Position numbers and translations under genes: made by a program
The notes under the pieces: generated by a model
Databases searched by the model: none
What the model was told of the DNA's origin: nothing
What the model saw: only the letters and a program-made list of their open reading frames with translations
From: Parcubacteria group bacterium CG10_big_fil_rev_8_21_14_0_10_36_14
Lineage (GTDB): Bacteria; Patescibacteriota; Patescibacteriia; GCA-002772895
DNA: 64,000 nt
NCBI GenBank assembly: GCA_002772895.1
Contig: PFCS01000050.1
Span: 6,728-70,727, forward strand
Direction of reading: 5' to 3'
In this document: in pieces, positions 9,159 to 17,959 of the stretch
Position numbering within the stretch: position 1 is the first letter of the stretch
How the letters are laid out: the number at the start of each line of letters is the position of its first letter

Positions 9159-9845
9159 CTAGTTCTTAGCTGGCTCAACTTTAATTTCTAGTTCTTTAAT
9201 TAAATTTTGATATCCGGTGTTATTTGGATAAGCTTGAGAAAGCATCTTATAGTACTTAAGGGCTTTTTCATATTCTCCTACACTATTCAAATAACTGGCG
9301 TAGCTATTCACTAAATTGCCTCCACTTACAACAGTTACTAGTCCTTTTTCGTAAACAGCCATAACGTCTTCTTTGCTTTTATTCATATATAAACGATAAA
9401 GGTCAGCCAATGCGATATACAGATTTTGCTCTCCAATATCTTGCTCAAGCGCAATTTTCAAATCATTTTCTGCTTTGTCATACTCTTCCAACTCTATATA
9501 AACGTTGGCTTGATTTAAAAATGGTAAATAAGCCTTTGTTCCCCAACGTTTTATAACTTCATCATAAAGCTTTGCGGAACGCCATAAATATTTTTCATCT
9601 TTCAGCACCTCGCCAATTCCTTTCCAGTTAAACGCCAAACTCATCCAACCGTCATAAAAGGTAGGGTCTTTCTTAACTTCTTTTTCACGTTGGACTATAA
9701 GAGCATAAGCATCCTTCGTCTGGGGATTTTCCGATAAGAACTTTGCTTCTTTTTGTTTTTCGAAATACGAATATCCATAAAATCCACCGACCGTCAAAAG
9801 TATGACAATAATCAAAACTATTAATAAAATTAGTACTTTTTTCAT
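9159..9845 (-). CDS. Membrane-anchored TPR-repeat protein.
   Basis: N-terminal TM segment MKKVLILLIVLIIVILLTVGGFYGY, followed by TPR-like helical repeats (e.g. EYEKALKYYKMLSQAYPNN, YDKAENDLKIALEQD). Confidence 0.6.
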   Translation of the reverse strand: MKKVLILLIVLIIVILLTVGGFYGYSYFEKQKEAKFLSENPQTKDAYALIVQREKEVKKDPTFYDGWMSLAFNWKGIGEVLKDEKYLWRSAKLYDEVIKRWGTKAYLPFLNQANVYIELEEYDKAENDLKIALEQDIGEQNLYIALADLYRLYMNKSKEDVMAVYEKGLVTVVSGGNLVNSYASYLNSVGEYEKALKYYKMLSQAYPNNTGYQNLIKELEIKVEPAKN

Positions 9846-9969
9846 AAAAATTTATAAAATTGCCTCTACCGCAAATTTATTATTTACGATTATCGGCTAT
9901 CTTTATGTTACTATTGATTTTTTATTTAAAATAAGCTATTCTAAATAAAGAATATCTATTCATTAGAGT

Positions 9970-11328
9970 ATGCTTATTTTAACTAAAATTAAACAATTAA
10001 CTTTACTTTTTGGCGATTTTTTAATACTTCTCGCTTCTCTTTATTTTACCTTGATTGTCCGCTATAGTCAAACTGGAGCAGTAGATCACTGGCAAGAGCA
10101 TTTTTATCCTTTTGCTATTATTTATTTTATCTGGCTTTTAGTATTTTATTCGCAAAATCTATACAATTTGAATTTCGCTAAAAATAATCTCTTCTTTTTT
10201 AAAACACTTTTTGAAGCATTTTTAATAAATATTTTCATAGCGACTTTTTTCTTTTATTTTACTCCTTTTTTCGGAATTGCGCCGAAAACAAATTTATTCT
10301 TAAACGTCATCTTAGCAGGTTGTCTTGTTTTTGTTTGGCGAGGAATTTTCAACCTTTTTACTGCAAAATATTTATTTGTAAATAAAATTGCTTTTTTGGG
10401 ATACTCTAAAGAGGTGGAAGAACTTGCTAAAGCTTTTGAAGCCGAACCTCAACTTGGATATAAAGCCGTGTGTGTTATTCATGATGAAATAATCAACACG
10501 TTTCTTAAACAAGTATCAATGCATGAGCTTCTAAATAGTGTCAAAGAACTCGGCGTTAATACTGTAGTAATCCACCATGGAAAAAATCTTGATAACGACA
10601 CAGCCAATAAACTCTACAAACTTATTTTCTGTGACTTATCTTTTATTAATTTATTAGATCTCTACGAAGAAATAACCGGCAAGCTTCCCTTGGAAACGCT
10701 CTCTCGAGGATGGTTTCTGGAAAACCTAATGGAATCTGAAAAAAAAATATATGACCGAATAAAAATTTTGGGCGACTTTATTCTAGCTCTTTTCTGTAGC
10801 GTAATACTTATTGTTCTTTTTCCTTTTGTTGCAATAATAACACTACTCATAGATAGGGGTCCTGTCTTTTATTCTCAATATCGCATAGGACGAGGAGGAA
10901 GGCCTTTCAAAATATATAAATTTAGGACAATGATAAAAAATGCTGAAAACGGAAATGCGGTGTTTGCACAAAAATCCGATAGCCGTGTTACGCCTTTTGG
11001 AAAATTTTTGCGAAAAACAAGAATTGACGAACTACCACAAATACTAAATGTTCTACGCGGAGAAATGAGTTTCATCGGACCGCGTCCGGAACGACCAGAA
11101 TTTGTAGAAGAATTATCGCAAAAAGCGTCGTTCTATCCTTTGCGTCATCTTTCAAAACCGGGACTAACCGGTTGGGCGCAAATCAACTATCCTTATGCTG
11201 GTAACATTGAAGAAAATGTAAAAAAATTACAATATGATATATACTATATAAAAAACCGTTCTTTCCTTTTGGATGCAACAATAATTCTCAAAACCTTCAA
11301 CATTATCCTAAGATTTAAAGGAAGATAA
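9970..11328 (+). CDS. Undecaprenyl-phosphate sugar phosphotransferase (WbaP/WcaJ-like 'bacterial sugar transferase'); initiating enzyme.
   Basis: N-terminal multi-TM region. C-terminal catalytic domain reads PFKIYKFRTMIKNAE...RVTPFGKFLRKTRIDELPQILNVLRGEMSFIGPRPERPEF, the canonical PF02397 signature. Confidence 0.85.
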   Translation: MLILTKIKQLTLLFGDFLILLASLYFTLIVRYSQTGAVDHWQEHFYPFAIIYFIWLLVFYSQNLYNLNFAKNNLFFFKTLFEAFLINIFIATFFFYFTPFFGIAPKTNLFLNVILAGCLVFVWRGIFNLFTAKYLFVNKIAFLGYSKEVEELAKAFEAEPQLGYKAVCVIHDEIINTFLKQVSMHELLNSVKELGVNTVVIHHGKNLDNDTANKLYKLIFCDLSFINLLDLYEEITGKLPLETLSRGWFLENLMESEKKIYDRIKILGDFILALFCSVILIVLFPFVAIITLLIDRGPVFYSQYRIGRGGRPFKIYKFRTMIKNAENGNAVFAQKSDSRVTPFGKFLRKTRIDELPQILNVLRGEMSFIGPRPERPEFVEELSQKASFYPLRHLSKPGLTGWAQINYPYAGNIEENVKKLQYDIYYIKNRSFLLDATIILKTFNIILRFKGR

Positions 11329-11354
11329 AAATCAAACTGTAGCCTTGTATTTAC

Positions 11355-12515
11355 ATGCCATATATTCGCTACCTCAACCATCACTTATCACGACAATTAA
11401 ACGAACTATACGTGAGTACGGTTATTTTTTCTTTTGGACAATCAATGATTTTGCTTTTTATACCGATTTATTTATACCAGCTAGGGTATGACGCCAAAAA
11501 AATACTTTTGTTTTTTGCTGTTCATTATTTTATATACAGTATAATATTGCCTTTTTTTGGAAAAATAATTTCTCGAATTGGCTATGAATCATCAATTGGC
11601 TGGTCTATGCCTCTTTATACTATTTTTCTCGTTTCACTTTTCGGAATAAGCCAATTTCCAATACTCTTTTATATCTCCGCAATCGCCTGGGCAATCTATA
11701 AGTCATTGTATTGGCCGGCATTTCATGCTGATTTTACAAATTACGGTAATATTGATGCTGTGGGAGAAGAGATAGGCTCATTAAAAGTTATAGTAGGTAT
11801 CACAAGCATTTTAGGCCCGACGATTGGCGGTTTTATTTTAATGAAAATCGGTTTTAACGCCTTATTTATTATTGTTGTCGCTTTATCTTTTATTTCTATC
11901 ATTCCTCTTTTAATAAGCAAAGAAAAATACGAAAAACAAGAATATTCAATAAAAAGAGTTCTAAAAAAATTCATCTCACCTCTTTACAGAAATGATGTCA
12001 TTGCCAATTTAGGAACCGGGGAAGATGTTATTGCACAATCAATCTGGCCAATATTCCTCTTAACTATATTCACAAATTATGAAGACATAGGAATACTCAC
12101 TACTATCTCTTTATTTATTGCCTTTATAATGATTATTTTTGTAGGAAAACTAGCAAATAAACCAACACGAACCCGCCTAATCAAAACAACTACAGCAATT
12201 GTTTCCCTTGCTTGGTTTGCGCGTATTTTTTCTTTTAACTGGTTATCACTTTTTGCTAGCGATAGTTTATATAAAACTTCAAAAAGGACACTTGATGTGC
12301 CGGTTCAGGCATTAGTTTACAGTCGACCAAATAGAAAACGCCTTTTGAATTATTTAATCTTTCGAGAGATGGCACTTTCATTAGGTAAAACGCTCACAGC
12401 TATATTGGGATTTTTGGTAGTTCTCTTTACAGGAGAAATGATTTTTACTTTTGCGTTGGCTGGAGTTCTTGCATTATTCTATTTTTATTGGACGGATAAA
12501 ATATTAGAAAAATAA
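11355..12515 (+). CDS. Polytopic membrane protein, MFS-transporter-like. A Wzy-like polymerase cannot be excluded.
   Basis: About 10-12 predicted TM helices across 386 aa. Two motif-A-like loops (FGKIISRIGYE and VGKLANKPTRTRL) favour MFS. Confidence 0.45.
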   Translation: MPYIRYLNHHLSRQLNELYVSTVIFSFGQSMILLFIPIYLYQLGYDAKKILLFFAVHYFIYSIILPFFGKIISRIGYESSIGWSMPLYTIFLVSLFGISQFPILFYISAIAWAIYKSLYWPAFHADFTNYGNIDAVGEEIGSLKVIVGITSILGPTIGGFILMKIGFNALFIIVVALSFISIIPLLISKEKYEKQEYSIKRVLKKFISPLYRNDVIANLGTGEDVIAQSIWPIFLLTIFTNYEDIGILTTISLFIAFIMIIFVGKLANKPTRTRLIKTTTAIVSLAWFARIFSFNWLSLFASDSLYKTSKRTLDVPVQALVYSRPNRKRLLNYLIFREMALSLGKTLTAILGFLVVLFTGEMIFTFALAGVLALFYFYWTDKILEK

Positions 12516-12549
12516 TCAGCGGCTAATTCTTATATTCTATTTTTGTATT

Positions 12550-12577
12550 TTTAAAATCCCCTTTCGGGGATTTTAAA
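12550..12577. terminator. Intrinsic terminator hairpin between convergent genes (MFS-like on +, SDR epimerase on -).
   Basis: ttaaaatcccc-tttc-ggggattttaa is a perfect 11-12-bp stem with a 4-nt loop, followed by TTTTT on the plus strand. It sits in the 65-nt gap between the stops at 12515 and 12581. Confidence 0.65.
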
Positions 12578-12580
12578 TTT

Positions 12581-13483
12581 TTATAAATAGATTTCCTTTA
12601 CTCTTCTTATTCCTTCTTCAATGTTTATTCTAGGTTCCCAATCAAGCAACTCTTTTGCTCTTGTTACGTCCGCGATAGTGTCTTGCGGATCACCTTTTCT
12701 TCTTTCCAGGTACACTCTTTCTCCGCCAATCAAATCGGCTATTTTATTAATACTTTGATTATTGGCCGCTCCAATATTTATAACATCGCCTTTTCCAGCT
12801 TTAGAACTCATTGCAGCTTTTAAATTTGCCTCCACTACATCATCAACATAAGTAAAATCACGGGTAATCTCACCATCACCAAAAATAGTAAATGCTTTTC
12901 CCTCTTTTTTTTGTTTTATAAACGTAGCGATTGCAGTTGTATATGCTCCGTGGAAAGCCATCTTTGGACCATAAACATTAAAATAACGTAAGGAAACGCC
13001 CTCTAAACCAAACAGGTCATAAAAATTTTTTATATAAAGCTCTCCAACATATTTCTGCACTCCATACGGACTAAGGGGCGCTACCGGCATACTTTCTTCT
13101 AAGGGCATCTTAGTTTGTGCGCCATATGCAGATGATGATGCTGAATATACAACGCGCTTCAATCCATTTTCTTTGGCCGCCATTAAAACATTAATCGTCG
13201 ACTCAACGTTATTGCGGTTAGTCTCTCTCGGCTTTTCTATTGAAAGGGGCACGCGCGCCAAAGCCGCAAAATGAAAGGCATAATCTACTCCTTTGAAATA
13301 GTGTTTCATTATTTCATAGTCGCAAAGGTCAACTTCATAAAAGCTTGCGCGCGGATCAATATTCTCGCGCACTCCGGTTGATAAATTATCCAATATCAAA
13401 ACTTCGTGCCCAAGATCCAGCGCCTTTTGTGTAAAATTAGATCCGATAAAACCAGCCCCTCCTGTGACTAAAAATTTTGACAT
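12581..13483 (-). CDS. NAD-dependent sugar epimerase, SDR family (GalE/WbpP-like UDP-hexose 4-epimerase).
   Basis: MSKFLVTGGAGFIGSNFTQKALDLGHEVLILDNLSTG is the GxxGxxG Rossmann signature. The YxxxK catalytic region falls around YGVQKYVGE. Length 300 aa. Confidence 0.75.
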   Translation of the reverse strand: MSKFLVTGGAGFIGSNFTQKALDLGHEVLILDNLSTGVRENIDPRASFYEVDLCDYEIMKHYFKGVDYAFHFAALARVPLSIEKPRETNRNNVESTINVLMAAKENGLKRVVYSASSSAYGAQTKMPLEESMPVAPLSPYGVQKYVGELYIKNFYDLFGLEGVSLRYFNVYGPKMAFHGAYTTAIATFIKQKKEGKAFTIFGDGEITRDFTYVDDVVEANLKAAMSSKAGKGDVINIGAANNQSINKIADLIGGERVYLERRKGDPQDTIADVTRAKELLDWEPRINIEEGIRRVKEIYL

Positions 13484-13488
13484 ATTTT

Positions 13489-14280
13489 TTATTTTCCTTC
13501 TTTACCAACTAAATTATTATTAATTTCTTCTACGATTTTTAAAAGTCGTTGCTCCGCACCAAGCCGATCACCAAGCTGAATAAATGCTCTTGTATCTTTT
13601 GGAAGACATTTGCCTCCATAACCACGGTAACCTTTGTGCATTACTTTTAGATGAGAAGGGCCTATTCGCTTATCTGCAGCCGCGCACTCAGAAACTAAAT
13701 CATAGTCGGCATTTAATTTTTCACACACATCATACATCTGATTTGCAAAGATTACCTTTGTAGAAAACCATGTATTATTAAAATATTTTATGAGTTCTGC
13801 AACTTTTGCCGGAACAATCCGTTCAAATGGAGCCAAAGGCAACATAAGTACTATATCTTTCGCAACTGTAAAGCTTTTTTCCGTATAACCCACAATTTGT
13901 CTGTCCGGATAACTCATATCCTGGTCAGCCGTAACTTCAGTTAAAAATTCCGGATTAAATAATATCTTGTGCTGAGGGAATTCTTCCTGTAACATATCGG
14001 TAGAACCGGGTAAAATCGTAGATTTTAAAACAATTATTTTTTCGCCTATTAAGATAGAAAAAGCCTGTCTTACATAGGATAAATCAAAGCCACCCCTTTC
14101 TTCATCATAAGGAGTAGGCACACAAACAAAAATTATATCAGCCTTATTGATTTCTTCTTTTGAGTCTAATCCTCTTGGCGGATCATACAAAATTGGCATC
14201 TCACCATTTTTTTCAAAAAAACGGGCCATAGCTCCTCCAACCATCCCTACACCCATTATTCCAATTTTATAATTTTGCAT
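13489..14280 (-). CDS. UDP-glucose/GDP-mannose dehydrogenase family protein, compact form lacking the C-terminal UDP-binding domain.
   Basis: IGIMGVGMVGGAMA (NAD-binding), ILFNPEFLTEVTADQDMSYPDRQIVG and GYRGYGGKCLPKDTRAF (catalytic Cys box, cf. GGSCFPKD). The ORF is only 263 aa and ends just after the central domain; the next gene starts 6 nt later. Confidence 0.65.
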   Translation of the reverse strand: MQNYKIGIMGVGMVGGAMARFFEKNGEMPILYDPPRGLDSKEEINKADIIFVCVPTPYDEERGGFDLSYVRQAFSILIGEKIIVLKSTILPGSTDMLQEEFPQHKILFNPEFLTEVTADQDMSYPDRQIVGYTEKSFTVAKDIVLMLPLAPFERIVPAKVAELIKYFNNTWFSTKVIFANQMYDVCEKLNADYDLVSECAAADKRIGPSHLKVMHKGYRGYGGKCLPKDTRAFIQLGDRLGAEQRLLKIVEEINNNLVGKEGK

Positions 14281-14320
14281 ATTAATCTCCTAATAATTAA
14301 AAAGTTTAAGCTAAAATCAA

Positions 14321-15001
14321 TTAGTACTCAATATCATTTTTTGAACTCATTAAGCTTACATTAGAAACTTCCATCAAATTTTGTAGTTCTTTTACAAAAT
14401 TTGTAGCTTCTTTATCATCAATAAATCTAATGTTGAATGTGAAATCAAGTGCCTTCCCTTCTCCACGAGTTCCTATGTTTATTATGTTGGCATATTTTAA
14501 ATATTTATCAAAAATCGGCTTATATGCATTATTGTCCGAGGAGCTGTTCAAATTAAACATTAAAACATAATCATAATTCTTCATTGAGCCAAAGTCTATC
14601 TTAGACAAAACTAACACAACAATCATTATAAGAATGGTTGCAATAATAGCAACTGTATAGTTCCCGGTACCGACTGCCATGCCCGTCACTAATGCCCAAA
14701 AAACAAATGCGATGTCTCTAGTTTCTTTAATCGCAGTCCTAAAACGAATAATAGTAAAAGCACCTAATAGAGTAAACGCGGCGGCGATGCTGTTTCCTAT
14801 TACCATCATTACAATAGAGATGAGGATACTCATCAAGATAAGCGTAAATACAAACGAACGCGAATAAGAAAGACCCGAATGTGTCTTTTTGTATACTAGC
14901 GCTATTAGTACCGTTAAACCAAAAGACAATCCAATGTTTACTACAATAGTGATTGGATTAATTGATAAACCCCCTCCTGCTCCTTGTAAAATATCAAACA
15001 T
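14321..15001 (-). CDS. DUF4956-family membrane protein (partner of the VTC-domain protein).
   Basis: Four hydrophobic helices in the N-terminal 140 aa, then a soluble tail. Sequence pattern (FTLLGAFTIIRFRTAI, AFVFWALVTGMAVGTG) and the adjacency to a VTC-domain gene match the known DUF4956/VTC pairing. Confidence 0.6.
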   Translation of the reverse strand: MFDILQGAGGGLSINPITIVVNIGLSFGLTVLIALVYKKTHSGLSYSRSFVFTLILMSILISIVMMVIGNSIAAAFTLLGAFTIIRFRTAIKETRDIAFVFWALVTGMAVGTGNYTVAIIATILIMIVVLVLSKIDFGSMKNYDYVLMFNLNSSSDNNAYKPIFDKYLKYANIINIGTRGEGKALDFTFNIRFIDDKEATNFVKELQNLMEVSNVSLMSSKNDIEY

Positions 15002-15005
15002 ATTT

Positions 15006-15767
15006 TTAGTATTTTAATTGATTATTTTTTTTAATTGTATCTATCCCGTAACAATACTTTGAAAACGCTTCACGATTTAATTCATGCTTTTGGATAACCT
15101 TATGCAACCACCCTGGTAAAATATTATTATACTTTATTTCCATTATTGCTAAATCACGAAAAATTGGATTAAAATTTTTTCTATCTGTAAAACTTCCCGC
15201 GCCAGCCGCTTCAATATCATAGTCAAAGGTTATGCGTAAATTATTATCAAAACGCGAAACTAACGGATTCCTCTTATAGCGAACTAACACTAATGGCAGC
15301 ATTGAATAGCTCCGCTGTCTTACCGTAAATTCTTCAAGAATATCACTATCTCTATCATTTTTTTCAAAATGCAATACCTCACCGCTTATCGCTCTTCTAT
15401 AATTGTCTATGCTTAAAAAAGTTCTATCTTTTACAACGATAGCATCCGACTTCCTTTTAATTTCTAAAAAAATTGTTTGTGGATTATCTAACTGCTCACC
15501 GTAAGTTCTTAAGCGAAGTTTTGCCCTATTTTTCATTCCGCTAATTTTTTCATTGTAGCATCTAAGTGTTGGGCTGTCAAAGTATATACTATTTACAGAA
15601 TACCCATCCTGTCCCAATTCTAAAAATGGATCACGCACTAAATGATTTCTAAGTAGAACGCTATACATTTGACCCATTTCTCTTTTAGGTAAAAAATATT
15701 TAAATTCAAACCTCTGGAATCTATTTTTAATTTTTTGGTTGTCTACACCTACTTCGCTATCGTTCAT
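15006..15767 (-). CDS. VTC-domain (polyphosphate-polymerase-like, CYTH/triphosphate-tunnel fold) protein.
   Basis: RFQRFEFKYFLPKRE...SIYFDSPTLRCYNEKISGMKNRAKLRLRTYGE...FLEIKRKSD matches the VTC-domain pattern (cf. ERHEYKYLI) of alternating charged beta strands. Confidence 0.6.
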   Translation of the reverse strand: MNDSEVGVDNQKIKNRFQRFEFKYFLPKREMGQMYSVLLRNHLVRDPFLELGQDGYSVNSIYFDSPTLRCYNEKISGMKNRAKLRLRTYGEQLDNPQTIFLEIKRKSDAIVVKDRTFLSIDNYRRAISGEVLHFEKNDRDSDILEEFTVRQRSYSMLPLVLVRYKRNPLVSRFDNNLRITFDYDIEAAGAGSFTDRKNFNPIFRDLAIMEIKYNNILPGWLHKVIQKHELNREAFSKYCYGIDTIKKNNQLKY

Positions 15768-16129
15768 ATTATAGATAAAATTTTATCATTTTTAGAATCT
15801 TTGTAATAAATATTTTTTAATTTACGACTCTGATCTATGTCCGGTAAAATAGTTATTTGCGGATTAGCCACAAATACCTGTTCAACCAATAAAGCATCAC
15901 CGTCTCTGTCAATAGAGATACAATTAATATTCATAATTTTTACAATCGGACTTATTAAAATAGCACCTTGGAGTAACGCCCTTCTAATATCGCCATCACT
16001 CACAACTCCAAGTAAAGTATCGTTTGAATCTACAATAAAAGCTGCCCCCTTCTGATTAGAGTTTATTGCCTCCATAGCTTCCATTATATTGGCAGTTTCA
16101 CTAATAACAAGATCGCTATCTTTAAACAT
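15764..16129 (-). CDS. CBS-domain pair protein.
   Basis: 121 aa. ...AAFIVDSNDTLLGVVSDGDIRRAL... and ...LLVEQVFVANPQITILPD... are two CBS-like modules. It overlaps the VTC gene by 4 nt (ATGA). Confidence 0.55.
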   Translation of the reverse strand: MFKDSDLVISETANIMEAMEAINSNQKGAAFIVDSNDTLLGVVSDGDIRRALLQGAILISPIVKIMNINCISIDRDGDALLVEQVFVANPQITILPDIDQSRKLKNIYYKDSKNDKILSII

Positions 16130-16133
16130 AAAA

Positions 16134-17279
16134 TTAAAAAGTTATCCTTTTTATTAAAAGTTTGTCATCTATTTTTAAATTCTTTAAAATATTCACGATA
16201 CGTTCTGACGAAGCACCGTCCCCATATGGGTTCACCGCTTGGGAAACAATCGTTTTAAATTCAGCCGACAATGCTCTTTTTATTGCAGACACTACCTCGT
16301 TGGTATCATAACTAGAATGTATTATATTTGTAGCATACTCGCGACCCAACTGTCGTCTACCTACATTAACTGTTGGCAACTTAAAAACAGGTGATTCGAT
16401 AAGCCCGCTTGAAGAATTGCCTATCATTACTGAGGCAACATTCATAATTCCAGCATATTCTCTCCGAGGTAAATTTCTAAAAATTTTCGTCAAAGGCGAA
16501 CGATTTTTATTTATAACATTGCGCACTTCTTTACTTCCGGCATCAGAATTAGGAAAAATAATTACAACCTGTGCACCAAAAGAATTCACTGCCTGCAAAA
16601 CTTTTACAGTATTCTCTGCAGCACTTGCATATTCTTCGGTTACTGGATGCATAACCAAAAGAAAAATGGGCTTACTTGAATCAAAACCAAATTTGTTAAA
16701 AATTTCTTCTTTTGGAGCAATCTCCGAACCATCAACTAGCTCATCCAACATTGGCGCACCAGTATTATAAACCCTAAAATCCTGTTCCCCGCTTTTAATT
16801 AAGCGATCAGCCGCTTGTTGGCTAGCAGCAAAATGAACGTGCGCATATCTTGCAATTGCATGGCGAGTAGCATCATCAATATTCCCCGATACTTCACCAG
16901 CTTGAATATGCGCAACGGGTATATAGAGATGCGATCCTGTTATAGCCGCCATTAACTGCTCCCCTCTATCACCTGCGAGAAGAATAATATCTGGCTTAAG
17001 ACGATCAATAGCTTCTGGAGCTTGCATCAAAAATACTCCAAGAGATTTTACCATCGTTTGATGATTATAGCCATCAAAAGTATTATGTATTGATTCTGAT
17101 ATTTTAAAACCATCTTTTTTTATTTCTTGCGCACTATATCCGAATTCATGCAAAAGATGCAAATTTGTTATAATAATTTCATATTCTAAATCCGGATCTT
17201 TTTCAATCCTTCTAATAATTGGGCGAATATATCCATATTCTCCTCTTGACCCCGTAATTATAGCTATTTTTCGTGACAT
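16134..17279 (-). CDS. neuC: UDP-N-acetylglucosamine 2-epimerase, hydrolysing type (NeuC/LegG family).
   Basis: MSRKIAIITGSRGEYGYIRPIIRRI...DIILLAGDRGEQLMAAITGSHLYIPVAHIQAGEVSG...HMGNMENA is the NeuC-family (Epimerase_2) pattern. 381 aa. Confidence 0.8.
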   Translation of the reverse strand: MSRKIAIITGSRGEYGYIRPIIRRIEKDPDLEYEIIITNLHLLHEFGYSAQEIKKDGFKISESIHNTFDGYNHQTMVKSLGVFLMQAPEAIDRLKPDIILLAGDRGEQLMAAITGSHLYIPVAHIQAGEVSGNIDDATRHAIARYAHVHFAASQQAADRLIKSGEQDFRVYNTGAPMLDELVDGSEIAPKEEIFNKFGFDSSKPIFLLVMHPVTEEYASAAENTVKVLQAVNSFGAQVVIIFPNSDAGSKEVRNVINKNRSPLTKIFRNLPRREYAGIMNVASVMIGNSSSGLIESPVFKLPTVNVGRRQLGREYATNIIHSSYDTNEVVSAIKRALSAEFKTIVSQAVNPYGDGASSERIVNILKNLKIDDKLLIKRITF

Positions 17280-17282
17280 AAT

Positions 17283-17957
17283 TTATTTCAATAAAAAACG
17301 GGCGATTTCTAGATCAAACAGTGTATTTATATCTACGCCCTCTTTTTCTTCAACTACTATAAATGCACTTTTTCCTCCTAAAATTTTGCCACTTTCCTTT
17401 AAAACGCTTGATTTAATAATATACCCTACTCCCGCCTCTTTGTAAAGTGGATCTCTTTCCTGGCTTCTACGCGAAGCATTAGAAAAAAGCGGCGCCCAGT
17501 GGCTATCTTTATTAATCAGCCAAAAGTAGCTTCTATCTTCAATAACAGTACCTACCGAGTCAAATCCTTCATCAATAACCTTATATATCATCTTCTCAAT
17601 CGTATGCTGTTCTCGCATTGGAGAAGTCGGCTCAAGCAATAAAAGATAATCAAAAATCTCGCCTTTTATTAAAAACTCATCTAAAACATTTATTAAAACC
17701 GGTTCTGTTTTTATCATATCTCCAGACAGCTCTGCTGAACGCTTTAATGCTTCCGCTCCATAAGCGGACGCTATAGACAAAATTTTCTCACTATCTGAAG
17801 AAACAACAATCTTATCAATTATAGAAATTTTTTTAGCTAATTCAACCGAATATGCTAAAAGCGGTTTACCATTCAAATCGATGATATTTTTTTCAAGTAT
17901 TCTTTTTGAGCCTCCACGCGCTGGGATAACAGCAACGATTTTTTTATTTTTATACAT
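17283..17957 (-). CDS. neuA: Acylneuraminate (nonulosonate) cytidylyltransferase, CMP-NulO synthetase (NeuA/LegF family).
   Basis: KIVAVIPARGGSKRILEKNIIDLNGKPLLAYSVELAKK...VVSSDSEKIL is the CTP_transf_3 signature. 224 aa, as for short NeuA/LegF. Confidence 0.8.
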   Translation of the reverse strand: MYKNKKIVAVIPARGGSKRILEKNIIDLNGKPLLAYSVELAKKISIIDKIVVSSDSEKILSIASAYGAEALKRSAELSGDMIKTEPVLINVLDEFLIKGEIFDYLLLLEPTSPMREQHTIEKMIYKVIDEGFDSVGTVIEDRSYFWLINKDSHWAPLFSNASRRSQERDPLYKEAGVGYIIKSSVLKESGKILGGKSAFIVVEEKEGVDINTLFDLEIARFLLK

Positions 17958-17959
17958 AT

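Noticed and set aside
11355-12515. Considered calling the 386-aa polytopic membrane protein next to the WbaP-like gene an O-antigen polymerase (Wzy) or ligase.
   Set aside because: Two MFS-type motif-A-like loops and the absence of a large periplasmic loop favour an MFS transporter. I keep the call at low confidence and do not assert Wzy.
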